This document shows positions 40,564 through 54,468 of a stretch of 64,000 nt of DNA, piece after piece. The DNA is from Octopus sinensis (Eukaryota). Location of the stretch: contig NC_043000.1 in assembly GCF_006345805.1 (NCBI RefSeq), forward strand, positions 131,502,001 through 131,566,000, read 5' to 3'. A program made the translations under genes and the position numbers. Numbering within the stretch: the first letter of the stretch is position 1; each line of letters opens with the position of its first letter. The notes beneath the pieces are model-generated. The model had not been told where the DNA came from and searched no databases. It saw only the letters and a program-made list of their open reading frames with translations.

Positions 40564-41659
40564 GCCTGGAGATATTGTACATTTTCATGGAGAATGCTAC
40601 AAAATAAATTTGTTTTACACCTTTTGCCTAAAGTGAGAATTTTTTCCATGGCAAACCGCAGTGAAAATGGCATTTTTTACCGTTCAACCATATTTGAACT
40701 GATGGAAACGTTTGTTTAATTACCGCTTATTTTTTGTTGTGTTTTGCTTCGTTTCATCAATTAAGAAGAAAATTTCAATGAATCAAGAATTCCTTTGTGT
40801 ACGGCACTCATAAAGCGTTTTGTCTGCTACTCAACAGTCTCGGTTAAGCCCTAAGTTCAATTTCTTTTCTCTCTCTCTCTTTCTTTCAGTTCCTTGAAAG
40901 CACAAATTTTGTTTCGTCTGTAATTTAATTATTGATCCACCTTATCTCAGCATCAACTATTAAAAAAGATTGATGTTTGTTTGATTCAATAAACAGCTAT
41001 CAGACATAATAAATATTAACTGCAATTATATATGTATATATATTGAGGTTTTGACGACTTCCTCTCATTACATTGCTGTTAGCTAAATCGATGTTAATGA
41101 GTTACATTTACCAATAAAATACCATGCTGTGACAGTAATAATCAGTTTTCCTCCATTAAAAATCAAATTTTGAGATGTAAACATTCTATAATTAAACCAG
41201 CTTAACAATAAAATTTTCATTTTATTGATATGATATTGATAACACCTCGGTGATAATTGTAATCGTGTGGGACATGTAATTTAATGAGAGATTCTCATTT
41301 GGTTTATTAATTTTATACCTAGTTTAACTGCAATATTTTATTTAAAACAACTAAATCAAGAGAAGGAACCAATGTGGGAGTTTCTACGCATTCATTCTCT
41401 TTGTTAGAAAAACAGCCAAGTCTTCCCAGAATCATATTCCACTATCTGATTAAAAAGGATAACCACGCTGGATAATGTGTTTCTAGACACACTGTTTCCG
41501 AATAAAAGATTGATTAGAACATGGTTAGAACATCTCCGATAACAGATCTACTCGATGAGGCAGATATAGAACTAAAACGCAGTATCAGTTCTGAAGATAA
41601 AGTGAACCATTTTTGTAACAGACTTTAATGATATCTTGAAATATTTAAGACTGGAATAT

Positions 41660-41875
41660 TCTTTTCTTCTCGAGGTACAAAGCCCGAAATTTTTGAGGAG
41701 GGCGCCAGTCGATTAGATCGACTGCAGTACGCAACTGGTACTTAATTTATCGACCCCGACGGGATGAAAGACAAAGTCGACCTCGGCAGAATTTGAACTC
41801 AGAACATAAAGACAGAAGAAATACCGCTAAGCATTTCGCCCGGCGTGCCAATGTTTCTGCCAGCTCGCCGCCTTT
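41660..41875 (-). mobile_element. SINE family A (alternative-tail variant) with probable TSD
   Basis: gactggaatatt / gactggattatt flanks. Confidence 0.85.
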
Positions 41876-42709
41876 ACGACTGGATTATTAACCGGAGAAG
41901 TACGCTATCTACAGATACACTATTTCTGAATAGAAGGGATGGTCACAGTTGGAGTTCTCTGACCTCTGATAATAGAGCGAATCAATCATGATTGACGTAG
42001 AACTAAGCAACATCAAGTGTAAAGAAAACGGCGGACCATTTTTGTAACAGACTCCAAAAATATCATGAAATATTCAAAGATATTAATCGAAGAAGGAAGC
42101 TACCGACAGAATTAGAACTTACGTAGCATTATCATTGATTCTCTTTAGTCTTCAAGAATGTATTCATAATTAGAGAATTAAGGGAAAAAATGTAGTTTTG
42201 GATTGATTTCTTTTAAAGCGTGTGTCTGATAAATTTAATCAGATTCTTTTCAAATTCCGAGTTTATTATTGATTATCTATCAATCAATATCTATTTATCT
42301 GATACAAGTGTCATACAAAGAGCACATCAATTGATTTTTTCTCATATCAGATGCACTCCTTCATATAATATTATCCCTTTTGCGTATTGATCCCTTCTCT
42401 ATTGCATATTGATCGTTAATGAATGAATCTTCGATCTATAAACATCGTAGGATTGGAGATCAACACTGCAGAAAACTAAGAATAGGTCTCCCTGCGGTTA
42501 CTCGATTTGCTGTAAATAACATCCAAATATTCCTAAAAATCACATCTTCCGTGTTTTAAAAAAAGAATACATTGGTTAAAGTAATCGTAGATTCTTTGTA
42601 CCTGAATAAAAGGCAGAATGGTCAAAGCTGGCACGTCTTAGTCTAAACTTTATATCAGAATTGATCTGGAACTAAGCAACACAATAACTTATAATCAAAG
42701 GAACACTCT

Positions 42710-43045
42710 GTTTGGTTATGACGACGAGGGTTCCAGCTGATCCGATCAATGGAACAGCCTGCAGGTGAAATTCACGTGCAAGTAGCTGAATACTCCACAG
42801 ACACGTGTACCCTTAATGTAGTTCTCAGGGAAATTCAGCATGACACAGAATCTCAGGGAAATTCAACATGACACAGCATGACACAGCATGGCCTTTCGAA
42901 ATACAGGTACAATTTTGCCAGCTGAGTGGACTGGAGCAAGGTGAGATAAAGTGTCTTGCTCAAGGAAACAACGCTCCATCTGGAACTGCGCTCGCTATCT
43001 TACGGTTGTAAGCCGAATACCCTAACCATTAAGACATGCGCTTTC
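42710..43045 (-). mobile_element. SINE family D with internal tandem duplications
   Basis: Body as at 7545; ctcagggaaattca(g/a)catgacacag duplicated. Confidence 0.85.
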
Positions 43046-43150
43046 ACATAACTAATAATATTTTATTATTATTTAAAATGAAGAGCTTATGTTTACAGAT
43101 GTACTTTACAGCCGCTAAAAGAGATATATTGTAATTCCTTCTGTTACCTA

Positions 43151-44445
43151 GGAGATGCATTCCGGTAAGGTTAAGGCTGTTTAGAAGAAGTAGTTATAAT
43201 TGTCCTAGGTTATTGTAATTTTAGTATATCATTACTATACATCTAATAAGCTGACCTGCCAACTTTTGTTATTCCAGATTGAAGGAGACGGCTGTAGCAA
43301 CACCTCGAACACACTCTACTACACACTACTTATCACAGTTTGCAGAATGCAGTCGGGATGTGAAGACAATTTGGAAGCTTGCTATACAATAAAGTTTTGT
43401 GCTAAACTGGGCAAAAACGCTACATAAACTTATGAAATGCTCCATACAGGTTATGAGTTGACTTGTATAAGTCGGGCATCTGTTTTTCGCTGGCACGAAA
43501 TGTTCAAGGACGGTAGAAAGGAAGTGAGAGACGGTGAGGTTGCGGGAGGGAGATGGTTGAGAAAATTCATAATTTTCTGGATGAAGGCCGTCGTATGTTT
43601 ATAAAGACAGTGAGCGTACAGTTTGAAGTTGATGTGGCAAATGTATACAGAATTATTTGTAAAGATCTGAATATGCACGAAATTTGTCAAAGTTTGTTCC
43701 CAGGGCTCCCAGCGACGAACAGAAGGGAAGACTCATTGATAGCAGCAGGGAAATGATCGGCCTCATTACCTCCAGTGGAAGAGTACTTTAGTCTCTGATG
43801 ACCTGCGAAGAAAGCGGGATTTACTGTTACGATCCAGTGACTACTCGTAAGAGATAGAGTTCGCAATAGAAGTATCCTGGTTCCCCAGATCTAAGAAGGT
43901 CAAGCAAACTAGGTCCACCGGAAACTCATGAGGATCCTCTTCTTTCGACAGGAAGGGCATTATCTACATCCACGAGGCTCCTTCTGGCCAGAGGGTCAAG
44001 AAAGTGCACTATGTTGAGGTTTTAAGGGAGTTCAGGAAGAGATTTAATTGAAAAAGCTAGACCCCCATCCATTCAGGTCAGTGACCAACACCAAAACAAT
44101 GTACATGTCCACAATTCTATCTTGGTAACCAACTATTTGACAGAGATGGATATCAAAACTGTCCCCCACATTCCCCTTGCATCCTATGACTTTAGGTTGT
44201 TTCCGAAGCTCAAGGAGAATCACATGGGGGAATCGTTTTGAAGACATTGAGAAGATAGAGACTGTGGCAAGGTTCTTGAACACCTTAACTTGTAGTATTT
44301 CTATGGGGCCTTCACAAAGTGGCTGGAGCATTATAAGTACATTAGTCAGAGGATTTTACTTTGAAGGAGATTAGAGTTTTGTACAACTGTGAAAGTAATA
44401 AAGATCTCTCCTGAAAAAGTCTCAAAACTTCTGGAATGCACTTTT
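43151..44445 (+). mobile_element. Full-length decayed mariner DNA transposon (about 1.3 kb)
   Basis: TA-flanked imperfect TIRs (tgcattcc / ggaatgca); IKFCAKLGKNAT, SVFRWHEMFKDGR, YCYDP, ILFFDRKGII, YDFRLFPKLK; stops and frameshifts. Confidence 0.9.
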
Positions 44446-44992
44446 TATATATAATTTCGGAAACTGTGCGAAAATAATCAAGTATCGTGAAAATGGACAA
44501 ATCACAACGGCGATGACGTGATAGGAATTGTTGATTCCTTAGTCAGAAGTTCTCCCCTTCTCCGTCATCTGATTAATTCCGCTGCGTCTTCAGTTCATTA
44601 TGAAAAAGCAATATAGCATTTATGAATTCTTCAAATTTCGAATATGTTCGAAAATTAGATTAGTTATAATTTTCCATATTGAGCGTACGTGTAATTGTGT
44701 GCGTATGCATCTGTGTGAGTGTGTACTAGTCTGTATGCCTTACCAATAATAGTAAACTTTAAAATAGCATAGTATTTGCTCCATATATATTTGAAGATAC
44801 GAAAACTATAATTTTTCTTCAGTGATATAAAAAAATTGATCTTCCATACGTGATTTATATAATTCGCTTTGCCTCTTGATTGAAAATTTCGTGTGTTAGA
44901 TACAGCAGAAGATTGTTCCGGGTTTGCATTAGCTATGTCACACGTTAATACTGTGGAATAGCAACAGTATTACATTACTAGGCCAAATACCT

Positions 44993-45225
44993 ATTTCTTT
45001 ACAGTCCACAAGGAGCTAAACACAGAGGGGACAAACAAGGACAGCCAAACGGATTGAGTCGATTACATCGACCCCAGTGCGTAACTGGTACTTAATTTAT
45101 CGACCCCGAAAGGATGAAAAGCAAAGTCGACCTCGGCGGAATTTGAACTCAGAACGCAGCGGCGGACGAAATACCGCAAAGTATTTCGCCCGACGTGCTA
45201 ACATTTCTGCCAGCTCGCCGCCTTC
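44993..45225 (-). mobile_element. SINE family A with perfect 17-bp TSD
   Basis: tactaggccaaatacct at 44976-44992 and 45226-45242. Confidence 0.95.
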
Positions 45226-45684
45226 TACTAGGCCAAATACCTGACATTTTATATTACACTCGGAATACCATTGACACCAAGGTCAACTTAGCTTTGACAT
45301 TGCACTTGTTGATATGAAAAAAATAGCCAATCAATAACTACATGAGTAATACTTCACTAATACTGATGTGTAGGCTTGTATAAATGCTAGAAATAAAAGC
45401 TGTAGAACATTGGATTAAATGCATAACTAACTATTATGATTGTGTGTTAGGAAGTTTGTTTCCTAACCGCGTGGTTTTTGGGTGCAATCCTATTACGTGG
45501 CTCCTTAGGCAAGTACCTTCTATTATAGGCCGACCAAGACCTTGTGAATGGGTTTGGTACGCAGAAACTGAAGAAAGCCCGACGTATAGACGTATACACA
45601 CACACACACATACATACACACACACATACATACACAAATAGACAATCAATAATACTCTCACACTACTTTTACTACTTCTCACCA

Positions 45685-46085
45685 ATTACCCTTTTACTCT
45701 TTTACTTGTTTCAGTTATTTGACTGTGGACATGCTGGAGCACCGCCTTTAGTCGAGCAAATCGACACCAGGACATATTCTTTGTAAGCCTAGTTCTTATT
45801 CTATCGTGGCCGAACCGCTAAGTTACGGGGACGTAAACACACCAGCATCGGTTGTCAAGCGATGTTGGGGGTGGGGACAAACACAGACACACAAACATAT
45901 ACATACATACATATATACATATATACGACGGGCTTCTTTCAGTTTCCGTCTACCAAATCCACTCACAGGGCTTTGGTCGGCCCGAGGCTATAGTAGAAGA
46001 CATTTGCCCAAGGTTCCACGCAGTGGAACCCGGAATCGTGTGGTTGGTAAGCAAGCTACTTACCACACAGCCACTCCTACGCCAA
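45685..46085 (-). mobile_element. SINE family B, full-length (preceded by a decayed + strand 5' half at 45445-45600)
   Basis: Tail, centre and head present. Confidence 0.9.
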
Positions 46086-46529
46086 TGTTTATAATTCATT
46101 CAGGGCGACTCCTCATGTGAGTCCTCAAACCACCAAAATCAATATGGATATGAGCATGACTTATTAAACTAGCACGTGATCTAGCTCGAGAAATCACAAT
46201 GTGAACACTGGGGATTTGCGGGAAGATTGGTGCTCTTTGGTTAATTTTCAATTTTCCGTAACTATTCTTGAGGAAGTGCCTTTTGAGTTTGGAAATTTTG
46301 AAGCTGGAAAAAGCACACAGTCTTCTAGTCTGCACGCTTTCTCGCAAGATACTCAAAGTTTTGTTTTGTGATATTCAGGCGTTTGAAATTATCTTTGAAT
46401 TTGTCCTTATACCGTAGAAGTGGTCGGCCTATATATGTGTGTGTGTGTGTGGTGTGTGTGTGTGTGTGTGTGCATGTATGTATGTATATACGCGCACACA
46501 GATATATGAGATATATGTAGGTATATGTT

Positions 46530-46785
46530 TGTCTCCTTGTCCTGACATCACGTGATGATTGTAAATGAGTGTCACTGTCTTATAAGCGACGTTGTTCGAT
46601 TCAAATCTTCCGTGATAACGTTTGGCTGTAGCGAAAAGATAACCTTGCTTGGAAAAAGCTGAAGATTGACAAGAAGGGCATATGGGGTTAAAAACTGCCT
46701 CGGCAAAATCCGTCTGACTCATGCAAGTATAGAAAAGTTGACGTTAAAACGACGACGACGACGACCATGATGATGATGATGGTTC
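46530..46785 (+). mobile_element. SINE-like repeat with RTE-type 3' end and (GAC/GAT)n tail
   Basis: gaagggcat…aaaa…catgcaagtatagaaaagttgacgttaaaacgacgacg resembles RTE-derived tails. Confidence 0.55.
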
Positions 46786-47211
46786 TACGTACTGAATTCT
46801 ACCCCCAACATGATTAATTTTGTATGTTATCAGCCCAGAACCAGTGAAGTACTGCTGGCCCTATTCAGTAGTACATACCACATCCCTCACCCTTCATTTC
46901 ACTAGAACTCGTGGTCCTGTGCCAATCTGAGAAATCGTTATACCACTTTCAGAAGAAGTTTAATTTCATGACAAGAGCTGGAAATTTGAATCTTACGCAA
47001 TTTTGTGAAACCTAATTTCGTGTCACAGAGTCAAACAGCTTAACAATGGGAACTTTAGAAACTTAGCTAATTAAGATCCACTTGATACTTAAGAGTTACT
47101 TAAGTAGTTAAACAATTTTGAAATCTTTTCATTTCGTATTTGATATTCTGTGTCTTCGTAATTTCGTAATCGTGTATTTTACAGCATTTATAACATTAAA
47201 AAATAATAGAT

Positions 47212-47515
47212 TACTATTATTATTATTATTATTATTGTTGTTGTTGTTGTTGTTGTTATATGGAAATTCACAGCTTATTTTGCTGGGTATGATGGAAAGT
47301 ATCAACTATCCACAGACTGCAGACTAAGGTGATACTTGTTTACTGGTCATGCTTGAAGAACCCTAAGAAAAATTCTTGCAGTTCCAAGCAATGCTGATTT
47401 TTATATGTGTTCTACCTCCACACTTGCACCGATCTTTTTCAGCCATGCTGGTAGTTGAGTGCTGATACTTCCAAGTGCACCAATTACTATTGGTATCACG
47501 TCTACTCTCTTCATT
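47212..47515 (-). mobile_element. R4/Dong-type LINE 3' fragment ending in (AAC)n(AAT)n
   Basis: Minus strand VDVIPIVIGALGSISTQLPAWLKKIG…SALLGTARI; tail at 47212-47258. Confidence 0.8.
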
Positions 47516-48272
47516 GACCATATATATATGTATGTACATGTGTGTGTGTGTGTATGTGTGTGTGTGTGTGCGTGTGTGTGTGTGTGGGTGTGTATGTGTA
47601 ATACATTAAAAGTCAGTTGCTTGCTTGCTTGTAATGTTAATCAGTGAAACTGGCGCATAATGGGAAAATACCATGAATTAAGTTTACCTTGAAATGTTAA
47701 TACAAATCGAATGAAATTAGTTTCGCATAAATTGGTAAAGTAGTTTTCAAGATATTAGAGATTTTCAGGGTATAAATACCCAAAACGGTACCTAATGGGA
47801 AAATGTTCAGAAAATAATCTTCATTTTGAAACGGAAGAAATTCTTATCTTGCAGTGAGTTGACAACGAAAACAAAAGCGATTTTTTCATTTTACAATTTC
47901 TATTTTCACTTTTGTTAAACAAAATATTTTAATCATTTACAAATATTTTATAATGAATGTGATTCCAAAAATGTAAGCTGTTTGTACAGTAAGTATGTGT
48001 ATATAACGCAACATTTTTCTTTTTTTTTAATTATTTTCAAGTGAATACCATTACAAAAATCTTTTTAGTATACTTAAAAAATATTCTAAAGTGAAAATGA
48101 CTTTTAAAATAGGATAGATATTTCGTAAAAGACCTGTTTATAACCTCAGTGTGTAATAGTATATTTTTTTCGAATGCATTTAACATATCTCCCCTCCAAA
48201 GATTTGGCTGCTATTTCTAGCACACCCTGCTACCACGTAACAGGTATTTGAGATTAAGGACCCAAAATACCT

Positions 48273-48504
48273 ATTTCTTTACTACCCACAAGGGGCTAAA
48301 CACAGAAGGGACAAACAAGGACAGACACACGGATTAAGTCGATTATATCGACCCCAGTGCGTAACTGGTACTTATTTAATCGACCACGAAAGGATGAAAG
48401 GCAAAGTTGACCTCGGCGGAATTTGAACTCAGAACGTAACGACAGACAAAATACCACTAAGCATTATGCCCGGCGTGCTAACGCTTCTGCCAGCTCGCCG
48501 CCTT
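48273..48504 (-). mobile_element. SINE family A with 16-bp TSD, inserted in a hairpin loop
   Basis: aggaccc(a/g)aaatacct at 48257-48272 and 48505-48520; flanking 46-bp inverted arms at 48204-48249 and 48513-48558. Confidence 0.93.
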
Positions 48505-48610
48505 AGGACCCGAAATACCTGTTACATGGTAGCAGGGTGTGCAAGAAATAGCAGCCAATTTTTTCCAACCCTCGGGTAGTTTAGTAAATATATATATATA
48601 TATATATATA

Positions 48611-48660
<50 letters not shown>

Positions 48661-48665
<5 letters not shown>

Positions 48666-49638
48666 GCTTGCTCAAGAAAAGAAATGAAATGCTATCAAGT
48701 TGCAAACATTAGAAGGAATTCCTTTAAAAATTTTATTTGAACTGCAGATAAGATAAGCATTAGATGACGCAAGACCAGTGAAAATACCAGTGGCTGTGGA
48801 AGCATAATAATACCAGCAACCAAATAATAACATGAATAATACAGGATTTAGAGAATTTTTTACGATGCAAAATAACTATTTCGATTTCATCACTTCTAGA
48901 CGTAACCGGAACAATTAGACAAATTACAGAAGCTACACACATAATAGAAAATAAACCTAGCCTGAATAGAAAACTAGAATGGAGTACTAACACACACCAC
49001 AACATATGATGATAGAGGATCCCGAAAACAATAAATACACAGATAAATAAACTAATAGAAATAAATAACTATATATATATATATATTTTTTTTTTTTAGA
49101 TTCGATTTATTATTATTATTACTAGTATTGTTGTTATATATACATACATACATACAAGCATATGTAATGATAATAATAAGTGGATGTAAACGCATGAACA
49201 AAATAAGAATAAACAAAAACAACAAAAACAAAATACAAATTACATGAACATATATAAAAAAGAATACAAATATTACAGGCATCCCCCCACATACACACAC
49301 TAATAAACATAGACGCACATAGAGATATAAACATGCGCAAATGAAGACATACAATAGAAATACAAAATGGCTGACGGTTAGTAAGGAGAGACACAAATAA
49401 GAGAAGAAAAAACAAAGGACCACTGATGCGGTCACAGGAGTGTGACGACAGAACTCTGGCCGAAATAAGATTAAGATTAATGTAAAAAATAAATAACACT
49501 GAAGCAAAATAACACCAAATATATAGTGCGTTGTGTTTTTATTGGCTAAACTGGCAATATGACCATTCCGAAATATAACAATATCTGTTTCAACACACGA
49601 CCTTAACATAAAAAATCTTGCACAACAAATATTTAAAC

Positions 49639-49683
<45 letters not shown>

Positions 49684-50039
49684 TGAGTGGACAATAATAG
49701 GCAGGGAATATATATCAGAACCATTTATGGTTCTGGTACATATTTCCTGCGCAGTGAAAAAATATAATATAATTAAGAAGCACATATGCTCTTGCTCAAG
49801 GAAAGAAATGAAATTCTATCAAGTTGCAAACATTAGAAGGAATTCCTTTTAAAATTTTATTTGAACTGCAGATAAGATAAGCATTAGATGACGCAAGACC
49901 AGTGAAAATAGCAGTGGCTGTGGAAGCATAATAATACCAGCAACCAAATAATAACATGAATAATACAGGATATAGAGAATTTTTTTACGATGCAAAATGA
50001 CTATTTCGATTTCATCACTTCTAGACGTAACCGGAACAA
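48661..50039 (+). repeat. About 255-bp direct repeats (48661-48916 and 49783-50039) bracketing a possible PLE 3' remnant
   Basis: Copies nearly identical; the first reads on into GTIRQITEATHIIENKPSLNRKLEW, similar to a GIY-YIG C-terminus. Confidence 0.75.
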
Positions 50040-50619
50040 ACTTTGAGAACCGACAACATCAAACATTTACAGAATTCTACTTGTATTTAATAAGGAACAC
50101 TTTACAAGTAATTTAACTAAATTTGTTTGTGCCTCAGTTCTGATAGTACTATTATATAAAAGCGTTATTTACTTTCTCAGCAACTAGAAACATGTTTTCC
50201 CTTAAGTTTCTGTTTTAAATTTTGATTCTACAAATTATATGCTCTCTTGTACTAAAGAAGTTTCTCTCCATTTAGAGAATAAATTAAATAATCACTCGAA
50301 GCTCTTGAACTTAGTGAATAATATTATTATTGGTCACGTCCATTTAGTGGTCGAGGTACGACTTCCTCCATGGAGTCTTTTGCAGTATAAAAGCTATATT
50401 TATTATCTCCGTTTACGTTCTGAGGAATCACGAAATTACTGCAACATTCTTAGAGAATATTTCACAAGTTTATGCATATGTATAAATATGCGCATCTATC
50501 TATATATCTATCTATCTAACTATCTATCTATCAGTTTGTCTGTCTCTCTGTCTTTCTGTCTGTCTGTCTGTATATATTTATGCATGTGGGTATACATACA
50601 TAGAGCGAGAGAGAAATTG

Positions 50620-50669
<50 letters not shown>

Positions 50670-50726
50670 GGGTATGTTTGTATGCATGTATGCATGTGTG
50701 TGTATACACACACATGCACACACACA

Positions 50727-50786
<60 letters not shown>

Positions 50787-50891
50787 CACACCACACACAC
50801 ATATAATATATAAGATGGAGGGATGTCAATTTTTTACTCTTTTTATAAATTTTGGGTGCAGTTCTAAACAGTTTGTGATATATATATATAT

Positions 50892-50936
<45 letters not shown>

Positions 50937-51304
50937 ATATATATCAAATTGGAATCCCTGTATGTATTTAAGAATTATTTTTAAATAAAAAAAGGAAGAA
51001 AATGAGGAATTAAACGCATAATTATAGAAATCCGTCAATTATGAATCTTCACACACAGCCTAATATGATAAAGTTAATAAGTTAGTAACGTATATGGTCT
51101 AATGAGCTATTAGGTCAAGTGTCACGCCACATGTATTCCACACCTTCCGGAATCCGCAATCCTTGTACTTATACTTATATTTTGGCAAAGCTTGAGCGAC
51201 TCTACAACGGAAAGGCAACTTGAGATGACTAAACTTTACCTTACTAAGCATCACAAAGATAAATACACACACTCTCTCTGTATCTCTGTCACTCTCTCCC
51301 CCTT

Positions 51305-51343
<39 letters not shown>

Positions 51344-51345
<2 letters not shown>

Positions 51346-51578
51346 CTATTTCTTTACTACCCACAAGGGGCTAAAACACAGAAGGGACAAACAAGGACAG
51401 ACAAACGGATTAAGTCGATTACATCGACCCCAGTGCGTAACTGGTGCTTAATTAATCGACCCCGAAAGGATGAAAGGCAAAGTCGACCTCGGCGGAATTT
51501 GAACTCCGAACGTAGCAGCAGACGAAATACCGCAAAGCATTCGCCCGGCGCGCTAACGTTTCTGCCAGCTCGCCGCCT
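51344..51578 (-). mobile_element. SINE family A, full-length
   Basis: Complete tail to head, sitting in a (TA/TC) SSR. Confidence 0.93.
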
Positions 51579-51758
51579 TCCTATATATATCTATCTATAT
51601 TCTATATATCTATCTATCTATCTCACACACATGCACACGTACACACATCCACCATTACTCAGTCAAGCACATACAGTGTATATGTATAAACATACACTCT
51701 AGTCCAGTGGATGCTAGCTATGTCGAGTTCGATGTCTAAAATTTTATCTATTTAAAAT

Positions 51759-51841
51759 TTTACCTGATGACGGTGGATTATATTCTGATGAAATATTTTA
51801 TAACTGCATTGGATAAATTCAACCGAAACAGCTGTCGTAAA
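51759..51841 (+). ncRNA. Type I hammerhead
   Basis: TTTAC/GTAAA stem I; CTGATGA(51764-70) plus extra C; GGTGGA/TCAACC stem II; GAAA(51825-28); CAGCTG; GUC site after 51836. Confidence 0.75.
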
Positions 51842-52176
51842 TTTTAAACGCCATTTGTGTTTACTTTGTGTGTGTGTGTGTGTGTCTGTGTGTGTGTGTA
51901 ACTATTTGGACTTTGGGCATATGTCTATTAGTATGTCGTTTGAAGCACATTTACCGTTTGGGTTACCTGATGGCATCCACAGTTACGATATAATTTTCAC
52001 GTGAACTACGTCAGGAAATTCACAGTGTTTGTTGGTGTGACATAGCCTGCTCTAATTGATGCAACACAACTAGATGTACAATATCCTACCCCTAAAGGAC
52101 AGCTGCAGGATGGAATGAAACGGACGTCGTGATGAATAAAGATTCGTACTAAATCCATCTTCCGTTTCCTTCATCA

Positions 52177-52210
<34 letters not shown>

Positions 52211-53020
52211 ATGTATGTATATATGCGCATGTGTGTGGGTGTATATGTGTTTATGTACATGTTTACACGTGAGTACGTATGTATGCTTATATGCTTGGAG
52301 CTGTGTATGCGCGCGTATATGCGCGCGTGTATATGGGTGTATGTATCAATGCTGGTATGTATGTACAAGATGACCACTTAATTCAAGGAACTAGATTAAC
52401 TGCTCAACAGCTCTGATTTACAATACACTAGGTCCCCAGACGCCCCTGTTGATTTATTGATACCCAAAACCTCGACAACTAAATTTTGTCATTTTCCTGA
52501 CCACCTTGTTTGGTCCGTAACCACTATACATCCCTTATCCTTATATTTTTTTACATTTTTTATCACTTTTATTCCTATTTTTATTTTTTTTACTTTTATT
52601 TCTATTTCTATTTTTACTTTATAACTTTATGCCTTTACATTCATTTATATTTTTTTATATTCTTTATATCCCCTTTATATCTCCTTATATCTCTTTATAT
52701 CTTTATACTCTACATTTTTATATTTTTCTATACTTACACTTTTTATATATTTTTTATCCTTCGTCCTGAATTCTCGCCCCTCCATCTTTACCCCTATTTA
52801 CTCTTATTACCAGGTTCATTCACGTCTATATATGTATTTATTTATTAATTTATTTACATTACTTCAACATCCAAATTTCCTCATTCTACATTGAGAGAAG
52901 AAAGAGATGGACGCTTCAATTCTATGCTGTTGCCGCATTATGTCGTACGTGAATGAGAGGATTTGCATCCCCAACCAAGAATTTTTGATGTAACACATGT
53001 CCTTGTGGAAGCTGTTGTGC

Positions 53021-53098
53021 GCGGCTGAAGAAGGCCACAGACATACATTATGCATTGTTATAAATCTGTCTAATAAAGCCCCGAAACATATGTACCGC
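53021..53098 (+). ncRNA. Type I hammerhead
   Basis: GCGG/CCGC stem I; CTGAAGA(53025-31) plus A; GG(C)…GCCCC stem II; GAAA(53083-86); palindromic CATATG; GUA site after 53094. Confidence 0.78.
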
Positions 53099-53179
53099 TG
53101 AATCCTTGGCATCATGTTTTTATTTTGATCAATTTACTCCACCACCTACACCACCAAACGGTATACACAGGTGCTTATA

Positions 53180-53417
53180 ATTATCAAGTACTCACCCCGA
53201 ATTTCTATATATATATAAATACTCTTTTACTTGTTTCAGTCATTTGGACTGCGGACATACTGAAGCATCGCCTTTTGTCGGACAAATCGATCTCAGACTT
53301 ATTCTTTGTAAGCCTAGTACTTATTCTTTCGTTCATTTTTGCTGAACCGCTAAGTTACGAGGAACATAAACACACCAGCCTCGGTTGTCAAGCGATGTTG
53401 GGGAGACAAACGCAGAC

Positions 53418-53468
<51 letters not shown>

Positions 53469-53640
53469 CATACATACATATATATATATATTTATTTATT
53501 TATTTATGTGTGTGTGTGTATGTATATTGACCCGAGGCTATAGTAAAAGACACCTGCCCAAGGTGCAACGCAGTAGAACTGAACCCGGAACCATGATGGT
53601 TGTGAAGCAAGCTTCTTACCACACAGCCACGCCTGCGCCC
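53180..53640 (-). mobile_element. SINE family B with internal deletion
   Basis: Tail, (TA)n centre and head present. Confidence 0.85.
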
Positions 53641-53869
53641 AATATACAATTATACATATTATACATAGAATATATTTATACATTTATACATACAATATTA
53701 CAATTCCTTGTAATATTTAATTATAAAAATATATTATGACTTATTCAAACATCGAATGGCTAGGAGGGTCCATCCGAGTAAAATGGGAATCAAAGGAGTC
53801 CTTAGGTAAAAGATAGTTGAAAAATACTATGCTAAATAGTAAGGGTATTTGACCTAATTTCTGAGCTTA

Positions 53870-54468
53870 TTTCTTTATTGCCCACAAGGGGCTAAACATA
53901 GAGGGGACAAATAAGGACAGGCAAAGGGATTAAGTCGATTACATCGACCCTAGTGTGTGACTCCGAAAGGAGGAAAGGCAAAGTCGACCTTGGCGGAATT
54001 TGAACTCAGAACGTAAAGACAAGACGAAATACTGCTAACGTGCTAACGTTTCTTATTTCTTTATTACCCACAAGAGGCTAAACATAGAGGGGACAAACAA
54101 GGATAGACAAACGGATTAAGTCGATTACATCAACCCCAGTACGTAACTGGTACTTAATTTATCGACCTCGAAAGGATGAAAGGCAAAGTCGACCTTGGCG
54201 GAATTTGAACTCAGAACGTAGTGGCAGGCGAAATACCTATTTCTTTACTACCCACAAGGGGCTAAACAGAGAGAGGACAAACAAGGACAGACAAACAGAT
54301 TAAGTCGATGATATCGACCCCAGTGCGTAACTGGTACTTATTTAATCGACCCCGAAAGGACGCAAGGCAAAGTCGACCTCGGCGGTTTTGAACTTAGAAC
54401 GTACCGGCAGACGAAATACTGCTAAGCATTTCTCCCGGCGTGCTAACGTTTTTGCCAGCTCGTCGCCT
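53870..54468 (-). mobile_element. Head-to-tail array of three SINE family A units
   Basis: Junctions at about 54052 (ctaacgtttct|tatttc) and 54230-54243 (gaaatacct|atttc); the last unit has a full head. Confidence 0.9.

Noticed and set aside
41380-42080. Duplicated accatttttgtaacagact block
   Set aside because: Explained as two adjacent old family E units separated by a later SINE A insertion.
46096-46356. Non-repetitive ORF
   Set aside because: Stops interrupt the + frames, no clear splice sites and no recognisable domain.
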